DNA from: a virus
IMG/VR virus record: IMGVR_UViG_3300008117_000049
Coordinates: 1-64,000 of that record
Direction: 5' to 3' (one strand)
Length of the DNA: 64,000 bases
The notes beneath the pieces were generated by a model. The model was not told where the DNA came from, searched no databases, and saw nothing but the letters and a program-made list of their open reading frames with translations. This document shows, piece after piece, positions 9,456 through 20,208 of this stretch; position 1 is the first letter of the stretch, and each line of letters opens with the position of its first letter. A program made the translations under genes and the position numbers.

Positions 9456-12400
9456 ATGACTGACACATCAGTAGAGTATAGATATTTCATAACAAATATT
9501 GTTACTAATCAAGTAATCGCTGAGGTTCCATTAACTGGCGTATCTTACGAAAAAGGGCTAAAAGACGCTGGTTCTTTTTCTGGAACTTTAAGTCTTTCTG
9601 TTGAAACAGATGGATTAGATGTGTACAACTCAACTTTGCCTGGAAAAAACGCTATTTATGTTCTTAGAAACGGACTATGCGTTTGGGGTGGAATAATTTG
9701 GACTAGAAGTTACGATGTTGTAGCAAAAACAGTCACTATCAATGCTAATGAATTTACAAGTTATTTCCAGCACAGAAAGATTTGGAAAACTTGGAATCTT
9801 ACTCACTCTAATACATTGGTTTATGTAGACCCCAAAAAAGATACGCAACTAATTGTTGAATTAGATACTGACACTGGGGACACTATAACAATTGAAGAAG
9901 GAGTTGCCGTAGAACTTTCTTTCCTAGACAAACGCGGATATAACCTTAGCGGTCATTTTAGAGTAAATAAAGATTTTTACAACGCAACAAAAATAACTGT
10001 TGATAAAGAGGCTCTTCAATGGAATGTTTCTGGTGTTGACCACACATTCAAGACTGCAAAAGACGGAATATTTGATGTTGTAAAAAGAGAAGTTACTGAG
10101 GGTAGTAAAGAAGTAGTCATAACAACAGACGAGCCACATATGCTGAGCGTTGGAAACGAAGTTGCCATCACTAATCTTGACAAAGATGTGCCTATTGCCC
10201 AATATAAAACTTATAAAAGTCAAGAAAAAGAATACCCAATAGCCGCTATTTCATCTACATCTGTTATTTACAGATATGCAAGCACTGGCTCAAAAAAACC
10301 TACTGTTGTTGAAGGTCAAAATATTATTACTAATATTGACACAACTGGAATTTCCGTGGGAGCAAGAATAACTCAGTTGGCGGACAAAAAAATTCCTGGT
10401 AGCGACACTGGTTCTGTGCCAACCGTGGGTTTTGATTGCCGTGTCACTAAAGTTGATGATATAAATAATACAATAACTTTTAGCGCTTTTTTAGGAGCAA
10501 ATCCAAACAACACCAGTGCCGAAAAAAGCGGACTTGTTTCATTAAAATTTGAAAATCAAAAAAATTCTTACATAGTTACATTAGATGAAACTAGGAAAAG
10601 ACTTCTTTATTCTATCCAACCTAAAGATTACAGTTGGGTTGGAAAAGTAAAAGCGGGCACTTTAATAAAAACAAACGGAATTACTGGATTTCAAACAGAC
10701 AGCAGCACTCCACCTAAGTCAGATAAAGTTTATGGTGAATTAGGTGGTAAAAAAACTAGGTATCCAATAGGCAATGGTTCAACTCAACTTCTTATTAGTG
10801 AAAATAGAATTAAATTAATTGACACTAATGAGCCATTAAATAATGTTTCTAAAATAAAACCTGGAATGCCTTTTTATTATGTTTCTGGGGCAACTGAAAG
10901 CATAAGTTATTCAATTGTAAAAGATGTTGATTATGCAAACAATATTTTTACATTAGAAAATATGCCTTGGGCTAACGCTGATTCTGGTATTACATTTGAC
11001 ATTGCCGAAGAAGACTTCCACAAGGTGTTGGGCATAAGTACGCCAAAAACTGTAAAAACTATGGCCGACTATTATTATGCAAGTTTAGACACAGATTTTG
11101 TTGGAGTGCCTTCTATTATATTTAGTAGAGCAGTTACAGATATTACAAAAACTAAAACTTTTTTGAATACATACAAATCTCCAACTGTAGATGCTACTTT
11201 TTCAATTATTAGCGTAGAAACACACGATTATCCATACACAAAAAGTAAAGCAGCCTTATGTGTAAATACTGAAACTGGAGAATATGCTCCCGTTATAAAA
11301 GTTATTGACAGCAAAACTTTTGTTGTCAATTCTTCTTGTGAAGCAAAATATACAAATTCCAGTACTAAACAAGAAACAGCAAAAATTGCTTGGAACGGTA
11401 AGTATCCCGCAACTATGTACACTCACACTGACACATATGAGCAAGTCAGGTATTTCTTAGGAAAAGTTTATGAAGACTTCGTTTCAGTAAAAAATTACAA
11501 TCCTTTCTTAAACAACTTAGAAAAAACTCAAATAAAAAGCGCTAAATTTGATGCTGAAAACGATGTTGCAACAATATATACAGGTTTTCAAAAACCAGTA
11601 TTTAGCAAAAAAATTTATTTAGATTATAACAGCGGAAGTCCAAAAATTGTAGCAAAAATAGGCCTTTTTGAAGCGTACTCTCAATTTGATATTGAGGAAG
11701 ATAAGGGCAAAGAAATAACAATTACTGGCTCAGATACATCTATAAATGGCACATTTTTTATAAGAGAAATAAGTGCTAACAAAGATTATATTTATTATAA
11801 CTTAGCAGACGCTGAACAAAATATTGATAGTTATTCGTTAAGTAGCGTAAGTGCTAATGGAAGTCAAATAACTTACACAACAACCGATAACCACAATATA
11901 AAAGTTGGTCAGTTTGTAACGGTTGGTGGCGGCAGTAATAATAATTTAAAAGTAACAAGTGCTGAAGTTGTTAGCGTAACATCAAACACCGCAGTTGTTT
12001 TAAAATCCGTCAGTGGCTCGGATAACAGCCCAAACTATTCTATTTTTACATCAGATAGATTAACTGATACCGAAACTTTACCGCTAAACTCTTCTGTAAT
12101 AACTTTTGGAAAGCATGACTTATCCGCTGGAAATAACATAGAAGTTAGCGGACTTGCTAGAGAAAATTATGACGGAACTTGGAAAGTTTCTTCTGTTCCA
12201 GACCCCGTTTCTTTTACTTATAAACCATCATTTGAAACACTTAAAATAACTGATGTTAAATTAGAGTGGCTAGTCAATAGTTATGTTGTAACAGTAAAAC
12301 TAAACAAAAAACCAAATTTTGGTAAATATGCTTATATTGAAAAACATACAAAAATAAAGGTAAGCGGTTTAGGGTCTCCTTACGATTCGGCTTCGGGAAA

Positions 12401-14162
12401 TGCTTGGAGTTTAGATAAATATACCGAATACAGTTCTAATGATGAAACCTCATATTTTTTCTCTTACAAAATAACTGGTGCTAACGGCACTAGAGAGGTT
12501 CATCCGCTAAGACCAGTAAATTATGCTGAAAGAAAGTATGGTACTTCAAAAAGCATAACTAACGCTGTTTATGTAGCAGAAACTGGCGGTACTAAAACTC
12601 AACAAAGCAAAACTGGTAGAGGCAATACAACTTACACAACTGGCACTAATCACGGCTATTCTCAGGGACAAAAAGTTGTTGTGTCTAATATTGGTGGTCA
12701 ATTTACTCAATTGACGGGAAATACAAACGCTTATTCTCAATATATAGTCACTATCTCTTCCGTTCCCACCTCTAATACTTTTGTTGTTAGCAACCAAACA
12801 AATGTAGACAACGAAAGTCTTTGGAAATTAAAAAACAATTCTGATTTAGACATTGGAAAAACAAATACCAATACCCAACCTGCCAATGCTACGGTTATTG
12901 CTTACGATGGCTCCAGTGTTAGACCAGAAGACAATTACCCAACGGTAAAAATTGATGATTTACCTGCTGTAAACAACTCATCAACTTTGACCACAACAAT
13001 AACTGGAAAAGCCTTTAACGCTAAAACAAAAACCGTTTATTTACAATTATCTTCTGACCCAGGTTTTGCCGCTGGTCAAACTATTTTTATTAAAAATGCT
13101 GACGACCTTATAGAAAATCTTTTTGACGGATACTATACAATTAGTGAATTTACTAAATGGACAGACAATAAGTATCAACTTGTTTATAAATCAACAAACA
13201 AAAAACAAAAGAAAAATATAGGCGAATTTGATAAAAAACAAAAATTTGTTGCTTACAAAAAGCAAGGCTCTACTGTTGCCACAGTAAGCGTTTATGCTCA
13301 AGTAATAGTTGGAAGTTACGGCTCATTTACAGAAAATTCTGACCCGCAAATAGAATTTTCTACTTACGAAGATTCTGGCAATTATCAAAGGGTTCCAAGT
13401 TACAGAGGGCACGAACTAAAAAATGTTGGAGAATATTTGTCTGAATACTCCGACAAATATATTGTCAAACCGGGTAGCACAAAAATTATTAGAAATGTCT
13501 ATGGTTTTGAATATCGTATTGATTGCGTTTATGACCAAATAAATTCTACTTTTAGAAGAGTATTTACTTTCTTACCTATTACATACCCTAATCCGCCTAT
13601 TCACGGTGAAGTTTCTCCGCCTAGTAGATTTGGTGCTGATAAATATGTATTTGAATATCCCGGCAATATTAGCAATGTTTCTTTAGAAGAATCTGCCGAA
13701 GATGCCTCTACAAGATTCTTTATGGTTGGTAGTGACGGTGGAACTGGAACTAGCGATGCGTCTAAATCTTATGTTGGAGTTGCTCATAAAAATCTTTTAG
13801 CGGACAACTGGCCATTGCTTGATTCAGATGAAAATAACGACAAAATAGATTTAATTTCTGAAATATCGGAAAATGCTTACAGATACTTAAACGAAACTAA
13901 ACCACCGTCTGGAACTTTTCAAATTGGAGTTGTTGGAAACTTAGACCCTGTTGTAAATACATACAAACCTGGCGATTGGTGTAGCATTATAGTAAATGAC
14001 AAGTTTATAAAAGACAGGTTGGCTAGTGATTTGGAGCCTAGAGACGATGTAATTGTAAGAAAAATTATTTCTTACAGCGTTGATGTACCAGACGCTCCGT
14101 CAATTCCAGAAAGCGTTACCATAAGTCTAATTACAGAGTGGGATGTTGATAAGCGTGGCTAG
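9456..14162 (+). CDS. Minor tail/baseplate hub (Tal-like) protein with a large repeat insertion
   Basis: N-terminal WGGIIW and C-terminal FEYPGNI / YKPGD hub-like segments split by about 1100 aa of repeated beta domains. Confidence 0.7.
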   Translation: MTDTSVEYRYFITNIVTNQVIAEVPLTGVSYEKGLKDAGSFSGTLSLSVETDGLDVYNSTLPGKNAIYVLRNGLCVWGGIIWTRSYDVVAKTVTINANEFTSYFQHRKIWKTWNLTHSNTLVYVDPKKDTQLIVELDTDTGDTITIEEGVAVELSFLDKRGYNLSGHFRVNKDFYNATKITVDKEALQWNVSGVDHTFKTAKDGIFDVVKREVTEGSKEVVITTDEPHMLSVGNEVAITNLDKDVPIAQYKTYKSQEKEYPIAAISSTSVIYRYASTGSKKPTVVEGQNIITNIDTTGISVGARITQLADKKIPGSDTGSVPTVGFDCRVTKVDDINNTITFSAFLGANPNNTSAEKSGLVSLKFENQKNSYIVTLDETRKRLLYSIQPKDYSWVGKVKAGTLIKTNGITGFQTDSSTPPKSDKVYGELGGKKTRYPIGNGSTQLLISENRIKLIDTNEPLNNVSKIKPGMPFYYVSGATESISYSIVKDVDYANNIFTLENMPWANADSGITFDIAEEDFHKVLGISTPKTVKTMADYYYASLDTDFVGVPSIIFSRAVTDITKTKTFLNTYKSPTVDATFSIISVETHDYPYTKSKAALCVNTETGEYAPVIKVIDSKTFVVNSSCEAKYTNSSTKQETAKIAWNGKYPATMYTHTDTYEQVRYFLGKVYEDFVSVKNYNPFLNNLEKTQIKSAKFDAENDVATIYTGFQKPVFSKKIYLDYNSGSPKIVAKIGLFEAYSQFDIEEDKGKEITITGSDTSINGTFFIREISANKDYIYYNLADAEQNIDSYSLSSVSANGSQITYTTTDNHNIKVGQFVTVGGGSNNNLKVTSAEVVSVTSNTAVVLKSVSGSDNSPNYSIFTSDRLTDTETLPLNSSVITFGKHDLSAGNNIEVSGLARENYDGTWKVSSVPDPVSFTYKPSFETLKITDVKLEWLVNSYVVTVKLNKKPNFGKYAYIEKHTKIKVSGLGSPYDSASGNAWSLDKYTEYSSNDETSYFFSYKITGANGTREVHPLRPVNYAERKYGTSKSITNAVYVAETGGTKTQQSKTGRGNTTYTTGTNHGYSQGQKVVVSNIGGQFTQLTGNTNAYSQYIVTISSVPTSNTFVVSNQTNVDNESLWKLKNNSDLDIGKTNTNTQPANATVIAYDGSSVRPEDNYPTVKIDDLPAVNNSSTLTTTITGKAFNAKTKTVYLQLSSDPGFAAGQTIFIKNADDLIENLFDGYYTISEFTKWTDNKYQLVYKSTNKKQKKNIGEFDKKQKFVAYKKQGSTVATVSVYAQVIVGSYGSFTENSDPQIEFSTYEDSGNYQRVPSYRGHELKNVGEYLSEYSDKYIVKPGSTKIIRNVYGFEYRIDCVYDQINSTFRRVFTFLPITYPNPPIHGEVSPPSRFGADKYVFEYPGNISNVSLEESAEDASTRFFMVGSDGGTGTSDASKSYVGVAHKNLLADNWPLLDSDENNDKIDLISEISENAYRYLNETKPPSGTFQIGVVGNLDPVVNTYKPGDWCSIIVNDKFIKDRLASDLEPRDDVIVRKIISYSVDVPDAPSIPESVTISLITEWDVDKRG

Positions 14163-17100
14163 CGATAGAAGTAGAAAATTTAGGTCAATCACTGCTCGTA
14201 TTACAGAGATAGACAAAAAATTAGGTTCGGTTTCAAAAACTATTCAAACTGTTACGGATGGTTTAGGAGACGATGCTGTTTCTGAAAATTCTCTTCAAAG
14301 TGGTTCTATAACATCCGATGCTTTACAAATAGAAGCAATTACGGCAGACAAAATAGCGCCTAGCGTTTTTGAAAATGCTTCTTCTGGAATTCAAAGAGTC
14401 CCAGCATCTCTTAAATCAGTTGACTATTGGAATTCTGCTATATATGGCAATATAACTGCTTTTACCGAAGCCTATTTTGCCGATAAAGAAAATAAAAATG
14501 TTGAGGCTACAGAAAATGGAATTTTATTTAGTCCAGAATCAAACAGTTCCGTAATTATTAGTAAAGCAGAAATGCTTGAAAATGGACTAATTTTATTGAC
14601 AACTGATGTAGCGCATAACTATGAAACTTTTGACTACATAAATGTACAAAATTTAGGTTCTCCTTTTGATGGCGAGTGGGTTATAACCGATGTCCCGACT
14701 ACAACAACAATAATTTACACTCTCAATCAATTTGAAGAAACAAGCACCAATGTTGATGAAGATGTAAATGCTTACATAGTTGTTGGTGGCAGTTTTGGAG
14801 ACAGTAACGAAGCAGAAACTCCAAACTACAAACATTCAATTATTAGAAAATCTTTTGTAGATGGTGTTGTGACACTAACTCTTTTTGATGAAACCGACAC
14901 AACTGAAAACTATCAAACTCATGGTTATAAAGTTGGCTATACGGTAAATGTTATTGGTTTAGGTTCTCCTTATGACGGAGTACACAGAATAACTTATGTG
15001 CCAGAAACCGAAAACAACATTATTCAATACAGAGTTGATAACAAAACAATTGCCGAGTTTGAGCCAAAAATTGCTTTGACATCTGCTTTTGGAGATGGCG
15101 AAAAAATAACTTACCAGTCTTCTACAATTCACGAAATATCGGTAAATCAGGTTGTAAAAATAACTGGTTTTACAACTACTACTGGATATAACTTAACGGG
15201 CAGGGTTAGTGGAGTTTATGGTGGCGGTTCTACTTTTACTATAGATTCAACTGTTGTTCCAGCAACTAATTCACCAGAAACTGGTGGTACTTATGAGTGT
15301 AAAATTGCAACAGTCACGGCGGATGCCGATTCTGTCTTGTTCTTAACTGGAAAAAATCCAGTTCCAACTAGCAGAAATGTTTTAGTAAGTTGGTCTTCCA
15401 ATAAACCAATAAAAGTTTATGCCGTAGTTTGGCTTTCTAATTTACCAGACAGTAAATTTTTTACAGAAATAGACAGTCTGACAAATCCAAATGTATATGA
15501 CCTAACTGGAATAAACAATTATTTATGGGAAATTACAGAAGACATCACTAACTACGCTATATATGCTGAAGTTTTGGCTGGTGGTGAAGAAACATTATTA
15601 CAAGAATTTTATGTTTTTGAAGCAGTAGGCAATCAAGATAAAAAAATATATAAAATTATTGGGGCTTCCGTTGAGCCAGTTGCCAACAATGTAAATAAAA
15701 TAACTGTTTATACAAACGCAGTTCATCCTTATTCTGCTCAAGATTTGGTAATTCTTAGCAATATGGAAACAATTTCTAATTCTTTAAACAATAAAAAGTT
15801 TGAAATTGCGTCTGTATCTGAAGATAAAAAAAGTTTTGTAGTTGAAAATCCAACATTTACATTGTCGGTAGAAACAACAAACGGAAGTTTTTTAGTAAAC
15901 ACTTCTCCTACTAAAAGTATTTCTGACGATATTTCTATTGAACAACCTTTTACTTCTAACAACATTACTGCGTTATCAAATAGTTTTGTAACTGCTCTAG
16001 TTCCTACAATTACTACTACAAACACAAAAACTGGCTTAGTTGCTACTTTAACTGCTGGCAGTAATGCCGTAACTCTAACAACTGGGAACACAGAGGGGAT
16101 GTTTGTTGGTCAATCTTTGCTAAAAACTTCAGGCACTGGTGCTTTTGTTACAGCGGGAAGTTCTTATGTTGCCAACATTTCTAGCACTACTCAATTTACT
16201 ACTACAGCAAATCACGCGACCAGCGGAGCAATAACTTTTAACGCAGCAACAGAAACTACATCTTTTAATTCTTTTAGAGTTAGCAACGCCAGCGGGCAAA
16301 CGAACACCGTTAATTTGACTTTTTATGTACCAACAACCATTGTTGACGACCAAACTGGCTTAGTTGCTACTTTAACTGCTGGAAGTAATACCATAAATCT
16401 TACAACTGGAAACACTAACGCAATTTATGTTGGTCAATTTTTGACTAAAACTAGCGGTTCTGGCGCTTTTGGAAACTCTGGTCTTGTTTATGTTACTAGC
16501 GTAAATGCTGACAGCACCACTGAATTTACGGTTGATTATGACCACGACACTAATGGTTCTACTACATTTAAAGTTTCTTCAGTTGGAAAAGTTTCTTTAG
16601 ATGCCAGCGTTATTGGTGGCAACAAACAAGGGCAAGTAACTACATTAGGCTCCAATGGCCTTACACAAAAAAGCACTGAGGGCGGACAGTCCGTAAATCT
16701 TACTGACGACAATAATACTGACAACCATTTATCTATAAAAACTACCGAGCAAGAAGTAGTTGCTTCTATTTCTAGTACTGGTGCTGGAACTTTCAAAACT
16801 TTAGATGCCGATTCTTTGTCTGTTGATACGGACATTACTATTGGTAGTGCTAACACCGCTTTAGTCGGAACTTTTATTGATGCTAATTACAACGGTAAAT
16901 CTTATGGTGGTGCCTTACTAAATAGATTTGCTAGAGGCACAATATATCAAGCGTATTGGCTAACTCCATCAACTGTCTCAACTCAATATCTGGGGCTTGC
17001 TGCTGGAACTTTTAAACTTGATTCAAACAGGCTGTATCAAGTATTTGCTAGTGCTTCTGGTATGAGGGCAAGCGTAAATACAAATGTTGCTCTTGAACTA

Positions 17101-19020
17101 ATGGTAAGCACTACGCCAATAAGAGTTGAAGATTCTTCCGAACTTTCTCATATGTCTTACACCCACCCAAGTCAGAGATACGAAACAACATATCCATACA
17201 ATTCCAGTGGGACCGCCGACAATGTTTACACTACTACTAACAACTCTTCACATACTCATAATGTTAATATTGCTCACACTCACTATGTAGATGTTTTTAA
17301 CTCTAGTTTTTGGCGTGATTTACTAGGTCATTTCTATTCAACTAGCCCGACTCCTACTTCTGAAAATACAACCACTTTTGCTATTTCAAGTTGGTCTAGA
17401 GCCACTTCAGGCGCAAACGCAAACGCTGTATTTACGCTACCCGCTGGTGCTGGGTCTTACTTAAATTCTAATATTTCTAATGCTTCAAGAATGTTTATTG
17501 GTGTAGAAACTAAAAATTATAATCAAACCGACTACATAGACGGAACATACGAACTTCATAAAATAAGTGACACCAGTTTTAGAGTGGTAACTTCGGCAAA
17601 CACCACTATAAGCACAATTACTAGAAAAACTAATTTAGAAGCAACTTTATCTACTGGAACCTCACTTGTAACTCTAACTACTGGAAATACTTCAGGTTTG
17701 ACCGAGGGACAAAGATTTATAAAAACAGGCGGGACTGGTGAATTTGGAAATTCTGGAGAAGTATATGTAAATACTGTAGCGAATTTAACTTCTTTTTTTG
17801 TTGTAGATGCTGGCGGAGTTGATGTTGTAAACCATAGTGTTGCTGGTCCAATAACATTTGAAGCCAGTGCTGGAAGATTGACTTTAGTAGACCCAATTAT
17901 GAGCAATACTCAAGCAACTTTTACTGACTCGTCTGTAGTTGCGTCAAGTGATGGAACAAATCACACATACGCTGTCAAAAACTTATTTCAAACTGGTCAG
18001 TTAGTAGATGTTGATTCAAGTAATAATTCTTGGAACATTACTGGTGGAACTATTGTTTCAGCAGACTCTACTCATTTTGTAATCAAACCATCTGGTACAG
18101 CGCAAAATAACGGAAATACAAATACCGCTACTACCGTGACTGCGTATTGGAACGATAGACAAAGACAACTTCATAGAAATTATTTGCCAGCAAATACAGA
18201 TTTATATTATGTTTTACGATTGAGACATCAGGTAACGCCAAGTTCATATTCAATAACTCTTGCTGAAAATCCAAATAGTATGTTGGCAATTACTGATTTA
18301 GGTCAAGCAAAAGATATGACTTTTGTTGCTCAGGGTGATACAAGTGGCACTACTTGGACATCTGGGCTTCCCATTGGTTATAGCAATGTTTCTTCTACAG
18401 ACACTACAACCGTTACCGAAACTCAAACCTTGTCAGTTTCAGACAGTGCTTATTACGATAATTACGGTAAGGGCGACAGTTTAAGCATTCCTTATGCTTA
18501 CAAATATTATTTGTACCAAGGCAATCCTGGCACAGCGTCTGGAGTTAAAAAATCTGCCGTACTTTTCGCTGCTTTTAATTTTACTGGAAAAACTAACGGA
18601 CTTTCTATTAAAAAACTTGAAATCTATTTACGGAATAGACATTCTTATCTATCCACTGGCTTAACTGTTTATTTAGGTGCTCATTCTGCAACTTCTTTAG
18701 GGAGCACCGTTCCTTTAGCCCTTGACTCTTGCGTGGCAACTACATCTACTTTTACTAAAGGTCAAGGTAAATGGATAACTTTACCATCAAGTTGGCACAG
18801 CACATTTAGCAATGGTGGTGGCGGTAGAGGTATTTTGATTGGCTTGACTGATGAAAACCCAGACACTTATTACGATGGGATTGATAATTATGGATATTTT
18901 GATGGAGTAACTCAAGATGACCCGCCTAAAATTAGAATTACTTATACTTACGAAGCGCCTGTAGGCTCTAACAATAATTCTGGTGGTGGGGGCAGCGGTG
19001 GCGGATACATTCCAATCTAA
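14155..19020 (+). CDS. Large minor tail / receptor-binding protein
   Basis: About 1620 aa, Thr/Ser/Gly-rich with internal repeats; GTG at 14155 overlaps the previous stop. Confidence 0.7.
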   Translation: MASDRSRKFRSITARITEIDKKLGSVSKTIQTVTDGLGDDAVSENSLQSGSITSDALQIEAITADKIAPSVFENASSGIQRVPASLKSVDYWNSAIYGNITAFTEAYFADKENKNVEATENGILFSPESNSSVIISKAEMLENGLILLTTDVAHNYETFDYINVQNLGSPFDGEWVITDVPTTTTIIYTLNQFEETSTNVDEDVNAYIVVGGSFGDSNEAETPNYKHSIIRKSFVDGVVTLTLFDETDTTENYQTHGYKVGYTVNVIGLGSPYDGVHRITYVPETENNIIQYRVDNKTIAEFEPKIALTSAFGDGEKITYQSSTIHEISVNQVVKITGFTTTTGYNLTGRVSGVYGGGSTFTIDSTVVPATNSPETGGTYECKIATVTADADSVLFLTGKNPVPTSRNVLVSWSSNKPIKVYAVVWLSNLPDSKFFTEIDSLTNPNVYDLTGINNYLWEITEDITNYAIYAEVLAGGEETLLQEFYVFEAVGNQDKKIYKIIGASVEPVANNVNKITVYTNAVHPYSAQDLVILSNMETISNSLNNKKFEIASVSEDKKSFVVENPTFTLSVETTNGSFLVNTSPTKSISDDISIEQPFTSNNITALSNSFVTALVPTITTTNTKTGLVATLTAGSNAVTLTTGNTEGMFVGQSLLKTSGTGAFVTAGSSYVANISSTTQFTTTANHATSGAITFNAATETTSFNSFRVSNASGQTNTVNLTFYVPTTIVDDQTGLVATLTAGSNTINLTTGNTNAIYVGQFLTKTSGSGAFGNSGLVYVTSVNADSTTEFTVDYDHDTNGSTTFKVSSVGKVSLDASVIGGNKQGQVTTLGSNGLTQKSTEGGQSVNLTDDNNTDNHLSIKTTEQEVVASISSTGAGTFKTLDADSLSVDTDITIGSANTALVGTFIDANYNGKSYGGALLNRFARGTIYQAYWLTPSTVSTQYLGLAAGTFKLDSNRLYQVFASASGMRASVNTNVALELMVSTTPIRVEDSSELSHMSYTHPSQRYETTYPYNSSGTADNVYTTTNNSSHTHNVNIAHTHYVDVFNSSFWRDLLGHFYSTSPTPTSENTTTFAISSWSRATSGANANAVFTLPAGAGSYLNSNISNASRMFIGVETKNYNQTDYIDGTYELHKISDTSFRVVTSANTTISTITRKTNLEATLSTGTSLVTLTTGNTSGLTEGQRFIKTGGTGEFGNSGEVYVNTVANLTSFFVVDAGGVDVVNHSVAGPITFEASAGRLTLVDPIMSNTQATFTDSSVVASSDGTNHTYAVKNLFQTGQLVDVDSSNNSWNITGGTIVSADSTHFVIKPSGTAQNNGNTNTATTVTAYWNDRQRQLHRNYLPANTDLYYVLRLRHQVTPSSYSITLAENPNSMLAITDLGQAKDMTFVAQGDTSGTTWTSGLPIGYSNVSSTDTTTVTETQTLSVSDSAYYDNYGKGDSLSIPYAYKYYLYQGNPGTASGVKKSAVLFAAFNFTGKTNGLSIKKLEIYLRNRHSYLSTGLTVYLGAHSATSLGSTVPLALDSCVATTSTFTKGQGKWITLPSSWHSTFSNGGGGRGILIGLTDENPDTYYDGIDNYGYFDGVTQDDPPKIRITYTYEAPVGSNNNSGGGGSGGGYIPI
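16028..16382 (+). repeat. Intragenic 31-bp identical direct repeat marking a duplicated tail-protein domain
   Basis: AAACTGGCTTAGTTGCTACTTTAACTGCTGG at 16028-16058 and 16352-16382; a third diverged protein copy near 17630-17870. Confidence 0.85.
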
Positions 19021-19048
19021 TCAAAAATTAGTTAGGTATAATTGAAAT

Positions 19049-19366
19049 ATGATTCAAGTAAATGACATAGTTATTGCCACGCTACAAGACGGGAAGTCTG
19101 TTGCTACGCAAAACTTTACCGTAACCAAAATTGACGGAACTAGATACTTAGGTGGACCACTAGAGTGCGACACCGAGGCTGGCTGGGTTGTAGAAATTCT
19201 AAAAAAGAACCTTGACAATCTAGCATTACCGCAAACTATTTCTGAAATTAGAGCAATTGACCGTAGCAATAACTCACACGATTTAGTTGGTAAAGGAATT
19301 TCTTGGAGAGATTCAAATGGAAATTTATTTGATGTCGCAAACATCATTAGTTGGTCGTTAGTTTAG
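19049..19366 (+). CDS. Hypothetical protein (leaderless)
   Basis: TATAAT-N6-ATG. Confidence 0.65.
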   Translation: MIQVNDIVIATLQDGKSVATQNFTVTKIDGTRYLGGPLECDTEAGWVVEILKKNLDNLALPQTISEIRAIDRSNNSHDLVGKGISWRDSNGNLFDVANIISWSLV

Positions 19367-19408
19367 TAGTTGTGCTAATCTCTTAGAAAGACATATGAAA
19401 GAAAACAA

Positions 19409-19879
19409 ATGTATGAAGTGAAAGATGGTGCCAGAACTTTACAGTTTGATGGCTTAGTTTTAGGGAAGTCTTCATCTTGGCGTAAAGGTTCTTATCGTTG
19501 GATTGAGTTTGAACTTTACCGAACAGAAAGTGGTTCTTATGTTTTATCTAGAATTGGCGTTTCTCTTATTTACCATGGTGCTGGTTGCCCGCTTGTAAAA
19601 AAGTATGGACTAAAAGAAGCATTTGTAAAAAACCTACACAAAGACGCTATCCCCTGTGAAGAGTGCTATCCAGATGAAAGCGTGGATTTAGTATTTCCTG
19701 AAAGTTATAGATACTGGGCTCAAGTCTCAGAAGACCCAAAGGCTGTTTTAGAAGCACTATATAAATATGATGTTGGCGGTGCTAGATACCTTACTAATGT
19801 CGCTCAAAGATTATTAGAAGTGGCGGCTAAGCAAGACTCAGGTATTGATTCTATTTATAGAGTAGAAATAATCCCATAA
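19409..19879 (+). CDS. Hypothetical phage protein with a Cys/His cluster
   Basis: H..GC...CEEC motif; clean ORF. Confidence 0.65.
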   Translation: MYEVKDGARTLQFDGLVLGKSSSWRKGSYRWIEFELYRTESGSYVLSRIGVSLIYHGAGCPLVKKYGLKEAFVKNLHKDAIPCEECYPDESVDLVFPESYRYWAQVSEDPKAVLEALYKYDVGGARYLTNVAQRLLEVAAKQDSGIDSIYRVEIIP

Positions 19880-19893
19880 GGAAAGAAGTAAAT

Positions 19894-20175
19894 ATGTCAG
19901 ACTCAGAAAATGCTCCAGTCAGCAATCAAAATCCTGAGCCGACATTTCAGCCGGGTGAAGCAGATATTTCCCATATGGCTGTAATTTCAATCCATATGAA
20001 CGAATTATATAAGCATCTTCAAAAACACGGCTTTGATAAAGAAGAGGCACTACACCTAACTGGTATGGTTTTGTCTTCTGGAATACTTTTCAAGTATGAT
20101 GCTTTTACAGACGCTACCCTAGACATAGAAGATGACCAAGATTTTGGCGATTTAGGTGGCGAAGACTTCGTATAA
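19894..20175 (+). CDS. Hypothetical acidic protein
   Basis: Clean ORF with purine-rich RBS. Confidence 0.6.
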   Translation: MSDSENAPVSNQNPEPTFQPGEADISHMAVISIHMNELYKHLQKHGFDKEEALHLTGMVLSSGILFKYDAFTDATLDIEDDQDFGDLGGEDFV

Positions 20176-20208
20176 ACGCTAAAATTTCAAAGAGACGATT
20201 GGACATAA

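Noticed and set aside
15738-17906. Several minus-strand ORFs of 74-117 aa inside the tail gene, and similar shadows elsewhere
   Set aside because: Antisense frames of Thr/Ser/Gly-rich genes; no RBS or protein motifs
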